64,000 nucleotides of DNA from Vulcanimicrobiota bacterium (GTDB lineage: Bacteria; Vulcanimicrobiota; Vulcanimicrobiia; Vulcanimicrobiales; Vulcanimicrobiaceae). Location of the stretch: contig OY968762.1 of NCBI GenBank assembly GCA_963695225.1, positions 352,001-416,000 on the forward strand, in the 5' to 3' direction. The position numbers and the translations under genes were made by a program. Numbering within the stretch: the first letter of the stretch is position 1; each line of letters starts with the position of its first letter. A model generated the notes under the pieces. That model was not told the origin of the DNA. It did no database searches and worked only from the letters and a program-made list of their open reading frames with translations. Shown here piece by piece: positions 54,126 through 64,000 of the stretch.

Positions 54126-54761
54126 GTGAGCCGGCGAACGCGCATCAAGTTTTGCGGCATGACGAGCGCCGCCGACGTCGTTCTCGCAGTCGAGGCCGGA
54201 GTCGACGCGGTCGGCTTCATCTTCGCCGAGAGCCCGCGCCGCGTGACGCTCGATCGCGTTCCGGAGATGCTCGCCGCCGCCCCGCCGCTCGTCACGCGCG
54301 TCGCGGTCCTCACGGAGCGCGAGGCGGCCCTCGTCCCCGAATTGCTCGGCCTCGGTTTCACGCTGCAATTCAGCGGGAACGAACCGGCGGAACTCTGCGA
54401 GCGGCTTACCGGCGGCACCCCATACGTCAAAGCGTTTCACGTCGTACCGGGCCGTGCGGATGCCGGCGATCTGCGTGCGTTCGAGGCCTATCGCAACGCG
54501 CTCTGGATGTTCGATACGTTCGCCGAGCGGGGCGGCGGTGCCGGCGTCCCGTTCGATTGGGCGCTCGTTGCCCCGCTCGCGCGGACGCGGCCGGTCGTGA
54601 TCGCCGGCGGACTCGCGGCGGAGAACGTCGGCGCCTGCGTGCGGAGCGTACGGCCGTACGCGGTAGACGTCCGGTCCGGCGTCGAACGGGGCGGGGAGAA
54701 GGACATCGAACGGATGCGCGCCTTCGTGCGCGCGGTGAGGGAAGCGGATGCAGAAGCCTGA
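54126..54761 (+). CDS. trpF: Phosphoribosylanthranilate isomerase
   Basis: [24 protein letters not shown]. Confidence 0.95.
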   Translation: MSRRTRIKFCGMTSAADVVLAVEAGVDAVGFIFAESPRRVTLDRVPEMLAAAPPLVTRVAVLTEREAALVPELLGLGFTLQFSGNEPAELCERLTGGTPYVKAFHVVPGRADAGDLRAFEAYRNALWMFDTFAERGGGAGVPFDWALVAPLARTRPVVIAGGLAAENVGACVRSVRPYAVDVRSGVERGGEKDIERMRAFVRAVREADAEA

Positions 54762-55977
54762 CGCGCTGGGATATTTCGGACGATTCGGCGGCAAGTACGT
54801 CCCCGAAGTCTTGATGGCGGCGCTCGCGGAGTTGGAATCCGCGATGGACGACGCGTTCGCCGATCCCGCGTTTTGGGCCGAGTACGACGCGATCTTGCGC
54901 GATTACGTCGGGCGTCCGTCCCCGCTGTACGAGACGGCGCGCTTCGTCGGAGCCGAAGGCGCGGCGACCGTCGCGCTCAAACGCGAAGATCTCAACCACA
55001 CGGGCGCGCACAAGATCAACAACACGGTCGGGCAAGGGCTGCTCGCCAAGCGCATGGGGAAGAAGCGGATCATCGCGGAGACGGGTGCCGGCCAGCACGG
55101 CGTCGCGACGGCGACGATCGGCGCGAAGCTCGGCATTCCCGTCGACGTCTACATGGGTGCCCGCGACGTCGAACGGCAGGCGCTCAACGTCTACGTGATG
55201 CGCCTGCTCGGCGCGACCGTGCACGCCGTCACCGGCGGAACGCAAACGCTCAAGGATGCGACGAACGAAGCGTTCCGCGAATGGGCCGCGCGCATCGAAG
55301 ACACGTTCTACGTGATCGGCAGCGTCGTCGGCGCGCATCCGTATCCGTACATGGTGCGGGAATTCCAGAAGGTGATCGGCCGGGAGGCGCGCGCGCAGTC
55401 GCTCGCGCGCTACGGGCGGCTGCCCACGGACGTCGTCGCGTGCGTCGGCGGCGGGAGCAACGCGATGGGCATATTCGCGGGATTCGCCGGCGATCCGGAC
55501 GTGAAGCTCTGGGGCGTCGAGGCGGCCGGGCACGGCCTCGCTTCCGGAGAGACTGCGGCGGCGATCGGCGCGGGGAGCGTCGGGATTTTGCACGGTTCGC
55601 GCTCGTATCTGTTGCAGACGAACGAGGGGCAGGTCTGCGAGACGCACTCGATCAGCGCGGGGCTCGATTATCCGGGCGTCGGCCCCGAGCACGCGTTCCT
55701 CAAGGAAAGCGGACGCGCAGAGTACGTTTCCGTCACGGACGACGAAGCGCTCGAAGCGTTCCACCGGTTGGCTGAAACCGAAGGGATCGTCCCCGCGCTG
55801 GAATCGGCGCACGCGCTGTTCTTCGCGCGCAAGCTCGCGCGGGAACGCGGCGGCGGCGGGCTCGTCGTCGTCTGCCTCTCCGGCCGCGGCGATAAGGATA
55901 CGTTCCAAGTCGCGGCGCACGAGGGCGGTGTCGATCTGATGAAGAGCGCGGCGGGGCTCGCCGGAGCGGCGAAATGA
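54748..55977 (+). CDS. trpB: Tryptophan synthase beta chain
   Basis: [31 protein letters not shown]. Confidence 0.99.
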   Translation: MQKPDALGYFGRFGGKYVPEVLMAALAELESAMDDAFADPAFWAEYDAILRDYVGRPSPLYETARFVGAEGAATVALKREDLNHTGAHKINNTVGQGLLAKRMGKKRIIAETGAGQHGVATATIGAKLGIPVDVYMGARDVERQALNVYVMRLLGATVHAVTGGTQTLKDATNEAFREWAARIEDTFYVIGSVVGAHPYPYMVREFQKVIGREARAQSLARYGRLPTDVVACVGGGSNAMGIFAGFAGDPDVKLWGVEAAGHGLASGETAAAIGAGSVGILHGSRSYLLQTNEGQVCETHSISAGLDYPGVGPEHAFLKESGRAEYVSVTDDEALEAFHRLAETEGIVPALESAHALFFARKLARERGGGGLVVVCLSGRGDKDTFQVAAHEGGVDLMKSAAGLAGAAK

Positions 55978-56783
55978 TCGCGAGCACTCCCGTCGCCCAA
56001 CTCTTCGCGCGCGCCCGCGGCGAAGGGCGCCCCGCGCTGATCGCCTACATCGTCGCGGGGGATCCCGATCTCGAGACGACGGAACGCGTCATCGCGGCGC
56101 TCGGAGAGGCCGGCGTCGATCTGATCGAACTCGGGATCCCCTACGGCGATCCGCTCGCGGACGGGCCCACGATCGCCGCGGCGGCGTTTCGGGCGCTCGA
56201 AGGGGGCGTTCGCATGCCCGACGTGTTCGCTTTGACCGAACGCGCGCGGCGCAGCGGCGGACCGCCGCTGCTGTTCTTCACGTACGCGAACCCGGTCGAC
56301 CGGTACGGCGTCGAGCGCTTCGCGCGCGACGCCGCCGCAAGCGGGGCCGTGGGCGCGATCGTCCCGGATATCCCGCTCGAGGAGAGTCTCGCGCTTCGCG
56401 ACGCGCTCGCCGCCAGGGGCCTCGTCCTCCCGCTGCTCGTCGCGCCGACCACGCCGCTCGAGCGCGCACGGCGGATCGTGGCCGCCTCGACGGGCTTCGT
56501 TTATGTCGTCTCGCGGCTCGGCGTGACGGGGGCCGGCCGCCGCCCGGATTTCTCGGCGACCGCCGGGCGCGTCGCCGAGCTGCGCGGTCTTGGCGACTTG
56601 CCGCTGGCGGTCGGGTTCGGAATCTCGACGCCCGAGGACGTCCGAGCCGTCGCTGCTTTTGCAGACGGCGCGATCGTGGGGAGCGCGTTGATCGACGCGT
56701 ACGCCGGCCTGCGGGGGGAAGCGGCCGCCGAGGCTGCGGGTGCATACGCACGGTCTTTGGCTTCGGCGCTCCGAATGCCGTAG
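55974..56783 (+). CDS. trpA: Tryptophan synthase alpha chain
   Basis: [25 protein letters not shown]. Confidence 0.98.
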   Translation: MIASTPVAQLFARARGEGRPALIAYIVAGDPDLETTERVIAALGEAGVDLIELGIPYGDPLADGPTIAAAAFRALEGGVRMPDVFALTERARRSGGPPLLFFTYANPVDRYGVERFARDAAASGAVGAIVPDIPLEESLALRDALAARGLVLPLLVAPTTPLERARRIVAASTGFVYVVSRLGVTGAGRRPDFSATAGRVAELRGLGDLPLAVGFGISTPEDVRAVAAFADGAIVGSALIDAYAGLRGEAAAEAAGAYARSLASALRMP

Positions 56784-56873
56784 CGAGAGGGTCCTCGGAG
56801 GCTCTGCGTCCAATCGACGAACGTCGCTTCTGCGAGCGAACGCCTTTTTCACGTCGTAACAAAGGACTTGCGT

Positions 56874-58097
56874 ATGCTTCATCGCCTTCCGGCAGCTCTG
56901 ATGGCTGCCGCGACCGCTCTGCTCGCGTTTGCGCCGGCTAGCGCCCCGGCCGCCGACGATACGATCGTCTTCGGCGCCGCCGTCGCCGCGACGGGGCGCG
57001 ACGCGCGCGAAGGTGTCCTCACTCGTGAGGGCTACGATTTCTGGAAAGATTACGTCAACGCGCACGGCGGAATCAAGGTCGGCGGGAAGACCTACAAGGT
57101 CGAGATCCGCTACGCCGACGACGAAACGAACGCGCAGACCTCGGCGAAGCTCGTCGAAAAGTTCATCGATCAGGATAAGGTCAACTTCATCCTCGGCCCG
57201 TACGGTTCGGCGACGGCGTTTGCGACCGCGGCGGTCGTCGAACGCAAGAAGATCCCGATGGTCGAAGGGAACGGCTCCTCTGAGAAGATCTTCAGCCAAG
57301 GCTTCCGCTACACGTTCGCGGTCCTCTCGCCGGCGAGGCGCTACCTCGAAGGCGTCCTCGAGATGGCGCTCAAGCAGAAGCCCCAGCCGAAGACGGTCGC
57401 GGTCGTCGCGGCGAACGATCTCTTCTCGCTCGAGGTCGCTTCCGGCGCCGCCGCGTACGCGACGGCGCACGGCCTGCAGGTCGTCTACAACAACAAGTAC
57501 CCGGCGGACACGACCGACGTCTCCGGCATCGTCAGCGGCATCAAGGCGACGAATCCCGACATCATCCTGAACGGCGGGCATCTGCAGGATGCGCTGCTGT
57601 TGCAGAAGGGCTTCAAGGAGCAGAACGTGCTCGCGAAGATCTACGCATATTCCGTCGGCCCGGACACGCCGGACTTCCGCAAGGCGCTCGGCAACGACGC
57701 GAACTACGTCCTGGGTGGAACGCAGTGGTCTCCGACTGCGAAGTACAAGGGCGCGCCCGGGTTCATCGGCAACTCGCAGGAATACGCGAAGGCCTTCGAA
57801 GCGAAGTACGGGCATGTCCCGGACTATCATAACGCCGAATCCTCCGCCGCTTGCCTCGCGTTCCAATACGCGATCGAGAAGGCCGGAACGCTCGATCCCG
57901 ACAAAGTCCGCGACGCCCTTGCGAACCTGGACGTCGTCACGTTCTACGGCTTGCTGAAGTTCGATTCGCGCGGCATCAACGTCTATAAGCCGATGGCCGT
58001 CAACCAGATCCAGAAGGGGAACCTCGTCACGGTCTGGCCGCTCGGTTCGGCGAACGCCGCGGTTGCCTACCCGGCGCCGGATTGGTCCCAGCGCTAA
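56874..58097 (+). CDS. Liv-type ABC substrate-binding protein
   Basis: Signal peptide, VNAHGGI, ILGPYGS, TFYG; AAGGA SD. Confidence 0.9.
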   Translation: MLHRLPAALMAAATALLAFAPASAPAADDTIVFGAAVAATGRDAREGVLTREGYDFWKDYVNAHGGIKVGGKTYKVEIRYADDETNAQTSAKLVEKFIDQDKVNFILGPYGSATAFATAAVVERKKIPMVEGNGSSEKIFSQGFRYTFAVLSPARRYLEGVLEMALKQKPQPKTVAVVAANDLFSLEVASGAAAYATAHGLQVVYNNKYPADTTDVSGIVSGIKATNPDIILNGGHLQDALLLQKGFKEQNVLAKIYAYSVGPDTPDFRKALGNDANYVLGGTQWSPTAKYKGAPGFIGNSQEYAKAFEAKYGHVPDYHNAESSAACLAFQYAIEKAGTLDPDKVRDALANLDVVTFYGLLKFDSRGINVYKPMAVNQIQKGNLVTVWPLGSANAAVAYPAPDWSQR

Positions 58098-58113
58098 CCC
58101 ACGCAACACGATG

Positions 58114-58154
58114 CCGGAGTTCCGCGCCTCGAGCGCGGAACTCCGGTTTTCTTT
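58114..58154 (+). terminator. Intrinsic terminator-like hairpin inside the ABC operon
   Basis: CCGGAGTTCCGCGC-ctcga-GCGCGGAACTCCGG-TTTTCTTT. Confidence 0.75.
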
Positions 58155-58169
58155 CGGGAGGGCCGCGCG

Positions 58170-59036
58170 ATCGAACTCTTCTTGCAGAACCTCGTCAACG
58201 GCATCCTGGCCGGCGGCATCCTCGCCGTCGTTGCGCTCGGCTTCAGCTTGGTCTGGGGCATCATGAACATCATCAACCTCGCGCACGGCTCGTTCGTGAT
58301 GCTCGGGGCGTACGTCACGTACGTGCTGTTCACGAACTATCACGTCGACCCGTTCCTAAGCCTGCCGATCTCGTTCGCCGTCCTCTACGTCTTTGGGTAT
58401 CTCGTGCAGCGGTACGTGATCAACTTCGTCGTCCGCGCGCCGGTGCTTACGACGTTCCTGCTGACCTTCGGCCTCTCGCTGCTGTTGATCAACGCGGCGC
58501 TGCTCGTGTTCCACGGCGATTCGAAGGCGGTCACGCCTTCCTACAGCGGAGCGAACTTCGCCGTGGGACCGGTCACCGTGCCGTGGGTGAAGCTGTGGAC
58601 GCTGCTCGTCGCGCTCGCCATCACGGGCGTCATGCAGCTGTGGCTGACGCGTTCGAAGATGGGGCGCGCGATCCGCGCGACGTCGATGGATATCGGCGCG
58701 GCGCAACTGACCGGCGTGCGCGTCGCGCACGTCTACGCCGTCGTGTTCGCGCTCGGAGCGGGTCTCGCCGGCGCGGCCGGGACGCTCGTCAGCCTCTCCT
58801 ATTCGCTTAACCCCTCGATGGGCGACCCGTTCATCGTGAAGGCGTTCGTCGTCTGCGTGCTCGGCGGACTCGGCAGCGTGCAGGGCGCGCTCGTCGGCGG
58901 CCTCGTCTACGGGATCCTCGAAGCGTTCGGCTCGCAGTACATCGGCACGGGGCTGCAGGACGCAGTCGCGCTCGTCGTGCTGCTGCTCGTGCTGATCTTC
59001 CGGCCCACCGGCATCATGGGGAAGGCGACGGCGTGA
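58170..59036 (+). CDS. LivH-like permease; probable ATC start (TTG at 58182 in ORF track)
   Basis: GGGAGG-8 nt-ATC GAA CTC TTC TTG CAG; INLAHG, GGLGS, RPTG. Confidence 0.9.
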   Translation: MELFLQNLVNGILAGGILAVVALGFSLVWGIMNIINLAHGSFVMLGAYVTYVLFTNYHVDPFLSLPISFAVLYVFGYLVQRYVINFVVRAPVLTTFLLTFGLSLLLINAALLVFHGDSKAVTPSYSGANFAVGPVTVPWVKLWTLLVALAITGVMQLWLTRSKMGRAIRATSMDIGAAQLTGVRVAHVYAVVFALGAGLAGAAGTLVSLSYSLNPSMGDPFIVKAFVVCVLGGLGSVQGALVGGLVYGILEAFGSQYIGTGLQDAVALVVLLLVLIFRPTGIMGKATA

Positions 59037-60004
59037 AGTCCGTCGGCCTCGGCGGCATCACCGGGAGCCCGCAGGCGTTCTGGATCTCGTGCGGGCTGCT
59101 CGTGGCCTTGCTCGGCATCCCGGCGTTGCACAACGGATATTTCGAGAACCTCGTGCGGGGCGTGCTGATGTTCGCGACGATGGCGTTGGGCTGGAACATC
59201 ATCGGCGGCTATACGGGCTACGTGAGCTTCGGGAACGTCGTCTACTTCGGGCTCGGCGCCTACACGAGCGCGTTCCTTGCGCTGCACGGGATCTATAACG
59301 TGTGGCTCGCGATCCCGCTCGCGCTCGTCGTCACGGCGGTCTTCGCGATCGTCCTCGGCTTGCCGATTTTGCGCCTGCGCGGACATTACTTCGGCATCGC
59401 GACGCTCGGGATCGCGCTTGCGACGCAGGAGATCGTCGCGAACGTCGACGCGCTCGGCGGCGGAACCGGCGCGACGTTGCGACAGTCGGAGTTCTTCTCG
59501 CAGTACTACTACGCGATGTGGCTCGTCTGTGCCGCGAGCTTGATCGCGACGTGGATCGTCGCGCGTTCGAAGCTCGGGTACGCGCTCGTCGCGATCCGGG
59601 AGAACGAGGATGCGGCGGCCGTCCTCGGCGTCGATGCGACGCGCTTCAAGATCGCCGCGTGGGCGATCAGCGGCATGATGGCCGGCGCGGCGGGCGCGGT
59701 CTTCGCGTTCGCGAACGGATTCATCGATCCGCCGACGGCGTTCGGCACGGATTACAACGTGTTCCCGATCGTGATGGCGATCCTGGGCGGCGTCGGGACC
59801 GTCGCGGGCCCGTTCGCGGGCGCGTTCCTGCTGACCGCCATCAACGAGACGCTGTGGAGCCGCTTCCCGCAGATCCACACGCTGTTCTTCGGGGCTGTGA
59901 TCGTCCTCGTCGTGCTGTTCTTGCCGCGCGGCCTGCTCTATATCGTGCAGCAGAAGGGCGGCTGGAAGCGGATGATGAGTTCGCTGCGGGCGTACCGGGT
60001 ATGA
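59033..60004 (+). CDS. LivM-like permease
   Basis: GYTGYVSFG, LRLRGHYF, AIRENEDAA, LPRGL. Confidence 0.9.
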   Translation: MKSVGLGGITGSPQAFWISCGLLVALLGIPALHNGYFENLVRGVLMFATMALGWNIIGGYTGYVSFGNVVYFGLGAYTSAFLALHGIYNVWLAIPLALVVTAVFAIVLGLPILRLRGHYFGIATLGIALATQEIVANVDALGGGTGATLRQSEFFSQYYYAMWLVCAASLIATWIVARSKLGYALVAIRENEDAAAVLGVDATRFKIAAWAISGMMAGAAGAVFAFANGFIDPPTAFGTDYNVFPIVMAILGGVGTVAGPFAGAFLLTAINETLWSRFPQIHTLFFGAVIVLVVLFLPRGLLYIVQQKGGWKRMMSSLRAYRV

Positions 60005-60786
60005 GCGTCGAGGCCGCGAAGCCGGCGGCCTTTCTGCGCATCGTCGATGTCAGCATGCGCTTCGGCGGCCTGCAGGCGCTCGCCGACGTGACGTTCGACG
60101 TCGAGCGCGGCGCCGTGCTCGGCTTGATCGGGCCGAACGGGAGCGGGAAGACGACGATGATGAACGTCATCTCCGGCGTCTACAAGCCGAGCGGCGGGCG
60201 GGTCGAGTTCGCCGGACGCACGATCGCGGACGTCCCGACGCACGCCGTCTGCAAGCTCGGAATCGCGCGGACGTTCCAGGTCGTCAAGCCGTTCGCGAGC
60301 CTCGCGGTGCGCGAGAACGTCGCGGTCGGAAGCATGTACGGGCGCGAGGGCGGGAAGCGCTCGACGGCGCAAGCCTTCGAGCGTGCTCAAGAGTTGCTCG
60401 AGATCGTCGGTCTCGCGCGCGTCGCCGACCGGCCCGCGAGCGACCTGACGATCCCCGATCGCAAGCGCCTCGAAGTCGCCAAGGCGCTCGCGCTCGATCC
60501 CGACGTCCTCTTGCTCGACGAGGTGATGGCTGGCCTCAACGCCTCCGAGGTCGATGAGGCGATCGCCCTCTTGCGCGACGTGAACGCGCGCGGCGTCACG
60601 TTGATCGTCGTCGAGCATTTGATGAAGGCGATCATGTCGATCTCGACCGCCGTCGTGGTCTTGGCGGAGGGCCGCAAGATCGCGGAAGGCACCCCGCTCG
60701 AAGTGACGCGTCAGCCCGAAGTGATCAAAGCGTACCTTGGCTCGCGCTTCGCCGAGCGCCACGCGCGCCTAGAGGAAAACCGATGA
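60001..60786 (+). CDS. LivG-like ABC ATPase
   Basis: FGGLQAL, GPNGSGKT, ARTFQ, LLDE, VEH. Confidence 0.9.
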   Translation: MSVEAAKPAAFLRIVDVSMRFGGLQALADVTFDVERGAVLGLIGPNGSGKTTMMNVISGVYKPSGGRVEFAGRTIADVPTHAVCKLGIARTFQVVKPFASLAVRENVAVGSMYGREGGKRSTAQAFERAQELLEIVGLARVADRPASDLTIPDRKRLEVAKALALDPDVLLLDEVMAGLNASEVDEAIALLRDVNARGVTLIVVEHLMKAIMSISTAVVVLAEGRKIAEGTPLEVTRQPEVIKAYLGSRFAERHARLEENR

Positions 60787-61517
60787 CGCAACCCGGCGGC
60801 GAGAAGTCCGGCGCCGCGCTCAGCGTCGAGCAGCTCAGTGCCGGTTACGGCGAGACGCGCGTCCTCTGGGACGTCTCGCTCGTAGTCCATCCCGGCGAGA
60901 TCGTCGCGTTGATCGGGAGTAACGGCGCCGGGAAGTCGACGCTGCTCGGCGCGATCAGCGGGCTCGTCCGCATCGAGGGCGGTCACGTCCGCTTCGGCGA
61001 ACGCGAGCTCTCGCATATCCCGGCCGATCAGGTCGTCGCCGCCGGCGTCGTCCAAGTGCCGCAGGGGCGCCGCCTGTTCAATTCGATGAGCGTCCGCGAG
61101 AATCTTCTGATGGGCGCGTTCCTGCGCGACGACAAGGAGATCGCGAGCGACTTCGAACGCGTGCTGACCGTCTTGCCGCGCCTGAAGGAGCGCATCGATT
61201 TTCTCGGCGGGCGGCTCTCGGGCGGCGAGCAACAGCAGGTCGCGATCGCGCGAGCGCTGATGGCGCGTCCGAAAGTTCTCTTGATCGACGAGATGTCGCT
61301 CGGCCTCGCGCCCGTCCTCGTCGACGCGCTGCTCGAGATCTTGCTCGAAATTCACAAGACGGGCGTCGCGATCTTGATGGTCGAGCAAGACGTCCAAACC
61401 GCCCTCGAATTCGCGCAACGCGCCTACGTCTTGGAGACCGGCCGCATCACGCTTTCCGGCCCGGCCCGGCCGATGCTCGACGATCCTCTCGTGAAGAAGG
61501 CCTACCTCGGCGTCTAA
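60783..61517 (+). CDS. LivF-like ABC ATPase
   Basis: GSNGAGKS, LSGGEQQ, IDEMSLGLAP, VEQ, AYLG. Confidence 0.9.
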   Translation: MTQPGGEKSGAALSVEQLSAGYGETRVLWDVSLVVHPGEIVALIGSNGAGKSTLLGAISGLVRIEGGHVRFGERELSHIPADQVVAAGVVQVPQGRRLFNSMSVRENLLMGAFLRDDKEIASDFERVLTVLPRLKERIDFLGGRLSGGEQQQVAIARALMARPKVLLIDEMSLGLAPVLVDALLEILLEIHKTGVAILMVEQDVQTALEFAQRAYVLETGRITLSGPARPMLDDPLVKKAYLGV

Positions 61518-61540
61518 CCGGCGGCTCGGCCTGCGGCGCT

Positions 61541-61567
61541 CTCATCCTGAGCCCGTCGAGGGTGAGC
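61541..61567 (+). repeat. REP-like short repeat
   Basis: CTCATCCTGAGCCCGTCGAGGGTGAGC. Confidence 0.6.
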
Positions 61568-61580
61568 TTTCCCCGCTTGG

Positions 61581-61739
61581 CCCGCGTCCGGAACGGGGCG
61601 GGGTTCCCCCGCGGGGACGCCCGCGATTTCGCATCCATGCGAAATCGCTACTCGTGCACTTGCCCGCTCCCGCCATCCATGGCTCCGCGGGCAAGCTGCA
61701 CGCCCCGCGGGGGAACCCCGCCCCGTTCCGGACGCTACC
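61581..61739 (-). repeat. Structured repeat element, copy 2
   Basis: Reverse complement aligns end to end with 47395-47552. Confidence 0.85.
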
Positions 61740-61800
61740 ATGCACTCTACGGTCGGGGTGGGTGGCTGCCGTCTGTTCTTTTACGCCAGTCCGGCGAGCG

Positions 61801-62199
61801 TTAGGTCACGGGGCCCTTGCGGGCTTCGAGCAGCTCGATGGGGATGCCGTTGGGATCCTCCACGAACGCGATCCAACGCGAGCCGCCCGGCGACTTTTTC
61901 GGCCCGCCGAGCACTTTCACGCCTTCGGCGCGCAGCTTTTCGACGAACGCCGGGAAATCGCCGTCGATCTCGATCGCGAGATGTTCGTAGCGGTTGCCGA
62001 TCTCGTACGGGGCGTGGTCCTCGAGATCGTAGACGAGCTCGATGTACGCGTTCCAGCTCTCGCCGACGAAGGCCATGTCGGCGTTCCCGGGATAGTGGAG
62101 CGGACCGTCGAGGAGTTTCAACCCGAGCTTCTCGGTGAAGAACGCGATGCTCTGAGCCATGTCGTTCACGAAGATCGATGTGTGCAGGTAACGCGACAT
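61801..62199 (-). CDS. VOC/glyoxalase I-like protein
   Basis: MSRYLHTSIFVND, IELVY, EHLAI, FVEDPNGIPIELL. Confidence 0.85.
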   Translation of the reverse strand: MSRYLHTSIFVNDMAQSIAFFTEKLGLKLLDGPLHYPGNADMAFVGESWNAYIELVYDLEDHAPYEIGNRYEHLAIEIDGDFPAFVEKLRAEGVKVLGGPKKSPGGSRWIAFVEDPNGIPIELLEARKGPVT

Positions 62200-62239
62200 A
62201 TCCGGAACCTCACGGGCGTGCGGGGGAGTATGCAGTTTC

Positions 62240-63088
62240 CTAGCTGCGGCCTTCAGGCTTCGCGACGGTCGGTAGCCCGTCGTGGTGCCACTCCATCCAC
62301 GAGCCGTCGTAGACGGCGACGTCCCTGAACCCCGCTTCGAGCAACGCGAGATACGAGCCCGAAGCGCCGACGCCGCTCCCGCACGAGACGATCGTGCGCT
62401 TTTCCCGATCGAGGCCGAGCGGAGCGAGGAGCTCTTCGAGGCGCTCGCGCGGTGCAATGCGGCCGCCGTTCGCGTCCTCGAGCAGACGCGAGGCCGAGAG
62501 CCGGCGCGCGTTGCGAATATCGCGGTCGCGCGTCGCGTACGTCGCATCGCGCTGCGTCTCGAGCAATTGCGCGTCGCTGCGGCCCTCCGCGACGGCCAGA
62601 ACCTCTTCGCGCGTTGCCCGCAGCTCCGGCCGGACGCGCGGCGTGAAGCGCGCAGGGCTCGGCTGCACGGCGGCCTGCGTCAGCTCGCCTCCGGCGGCGC
62701 GCCATGCGGGGAGTCCGCCGGCGAGGACGTGCACGTCATCGTGGCCGTAATAGCGGAGCATCCACACGAAGCGCGCGGCGTACGGGACGGTTCCGTCGTC
62801 ATAGGCGACGACGAGCGAGCCGTCCCCGATCCCGTGCGCGCCGAGGACGGCGGCGAACCGCTCGGGCGGCGCGACGCGGGCCGCGTACGGCGTCGCGAGG
62901 TCGTGGAGATCCTCGGCATAGTCCAGGTGCACGGCTCCGGGAAGGTGGCCCGCAGCGTATTGCGCCTTTCCGTCTTGCGCGGCCGCGTCGGCCGCGCCGT
63001 GGGGCATGCTGCGCGTGTCGACGAGCCGCAGGCGCGGATCGGCGAGGAGCGCGCGGAGCTCTGGGACCTCGATGAAGAGCGCAAGCAC
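62240..63088 (-). CDS. Tandem-rhodanese sulfurtransferase (SseA-like)
   Basis: YAAGHLPGA, LAGGLPAW, CGSGV active site, YDGSWMEW. Confidence 0.9.
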   Translation of the reverse strand: MLALFIEVPELRALLADPRLRLVDTRSMPHGAADAAAQDGKAQYAAGHLPGAVHLDYAEDLHDLATPYAARVAPPERFAAVLGAHGIGDGSLVVAYDDGTVPYAARFVWMLRYYGHDDVHVLAGGLPAWRAAGGELTQAAVQPSPARFTPRVRPELRATREEVLAVAEGRSDAQLLETQRDATYATRDRDIRNARRLSASRLLEDANGGRIAPRERLEELLAPLGLDREKRTIVSCGSGVGASGSYLALLEAGFRDVAVYDGSWMEWHHDGLPTVAKPEGRS

Positions 63089-63097
63089 GATCGCCCC

Positions 63098-64000
63098 TCA
63101 GGCGGGGATCGCGACGCGGCCGAGGTCGAAGCGCTGCGCAGCGTCGTCGACGATGTATTTCCCGATCGCGAGCGACGATGTCGCCGCCGGCGAAGGTGCG
63201 TTACGGACATGCACGATGCCCTCGGCGCCTTCGAAGACGAAGTCGTCGACGAGCGAGCCGTCGGCAGCCATGGCCTGCGCGCGAACGCCCGACGGCCCCG
63301 GAAGGCAATCTTCCGGCTGGAGGTCCGGAATGTAGCGCTGCAGCGCCTTGACGTACGCGCTGCGCACGAGATCGCGGTACATCTCCTCGGCGCCCGTCTT
63401 GAGATATTTCATGCCGAGCTTGAAGAAGCCGGGATACGTGAGCGCGTCCCACACCTCGGGCAGGTTGATCGTGAAGAACGTGTAGCCTTCACGCGCGAAC
63501 GCGAGGACGGCGTTCGGACCGAGCCAGATCGAACCGTCCATGCGCGGCGTGAAGTGGACGCCGAGGAACGGGAATTCGGGATCGGGGACCGGATAGATGT
63601 TGCCCTTGACGAGATGCGCCTTCTCGGGCCGCAGAATCAGGTAGTCGCCGCGGAACGGCACGATCTTCGGATCGCGCGCGCCGCCGGTCATCTTCGCAAG
63701 CTTGTCCGAGTAGAGTCCGCCGCAGGTGATTGCGGCTTTCGCGGTGATCTCGCCGTGCGGCGTGATCAGGACCGTCTCGCTGCCGCGGCGAGCGATGCTC
63801 GTGACCTCGCGGCCGAGAAAGATGTCGGCGCCCTTCTCGCGCGCTTCATCCGCGTACGATTCGGAGACGCGCCCCCAATCGACGATCCCCGTCACCGGAG
63901 AGAAAATCGCCTTGATGCCGCAGCAGTGCGGCTCGCGCTCGCGGATCCCGTCCGCGTCGAGCATCTGCAGACCCTCGACGCCGTTGGCCTGGCCGCGCGC
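63098..64000 (-). CDS. lhgO: L-2-hydroxyglutarate oxidase-like FAD oxidoreductase, 5' end outside window
   Basis: IVPFRGDY, IYPVPDPEFPFLGVHFT, GVRAQA, NAPSPAATSSL. Confidence 0.85.
   Translation of the reverse strand, partial: ARGQANGVEGLQMLDADGIREREPHCCGIKAIFSPVTGIVDWGRVSESYADEAREKGADIFLGREVTSIARRGSETVLITPHGEITAKAAITCGGLYSDKLAKMTGGARDPKIVPFRGDYLILRPEKAHLVKGNIYPVPDPEFPFLGVHFTPRMDGSIWLGPNAVLAFAREGYTFFTINLPEVWDALTYPGFFKLGMKYLKTGAEEMYRDLVRSAYVKALQRYIPDLQPEDCLPGPSGVRAQAMAADGSLVDDFVFEGAEGIVHVRNAPSPAATSSLAIGKYIVDDAAQRFDLGRVAIPA

Noticed and set aside
31342..64000. gcdH and lhgO as one glutarate pathway cluster
   Set aside because: They are about 30 kb apart with unrelated genes between; no sequence evidence of co-regulation.

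Overview
High-GC bacterial chromosome segment dominated by core information-processing genes: rpoC, the str cluster (rpsL-rpsG-fusA-tuf), rpsJ, the S10/spc/alpha ribosomal protein clusters and a complete trpEGDCFBA operon. RpoC lacks the proteobacterial SI3 insertion and S14/L36/S4 are Zn-type, pointing to a Terrabacteria lineage (possibly Ca. Eremiobacterota; this is an inference). The usual super-operon is broken by accessory DNA: no rpoB before rpoC, about 10.5 kb between rpsJ and rplC, and an ORF plus repeat between rpsM and rpsK. Each fragment has its own sigma70-like promoter. Accessory genes include toxin-antitoxin modules, carotenoid genes (crtI, cruF/cruG-like), two diguanylate cyclases (one fused to an ODP-like di-iron domain, one frameshifted by a 14-bp duplication), two Liv-type ABC systems and an intact IS1202-like element with a 15-bp target duplication. 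The most unusual signals concern translation: (i) mini-ORFs that bridge intergenic gaps in the ribosomal protein operon, starting at the upstream stop and ending at the downstream start; (ii) several genes whose Shine-Dalgarno site and conserved N-terminus point to ATC or CTG starts; (iii) leaderless TA and regulator genes. There is also a ~155-bp structured repeat in two copies with compensatory stem changes. All calls come from manual reading; no database searches were run.
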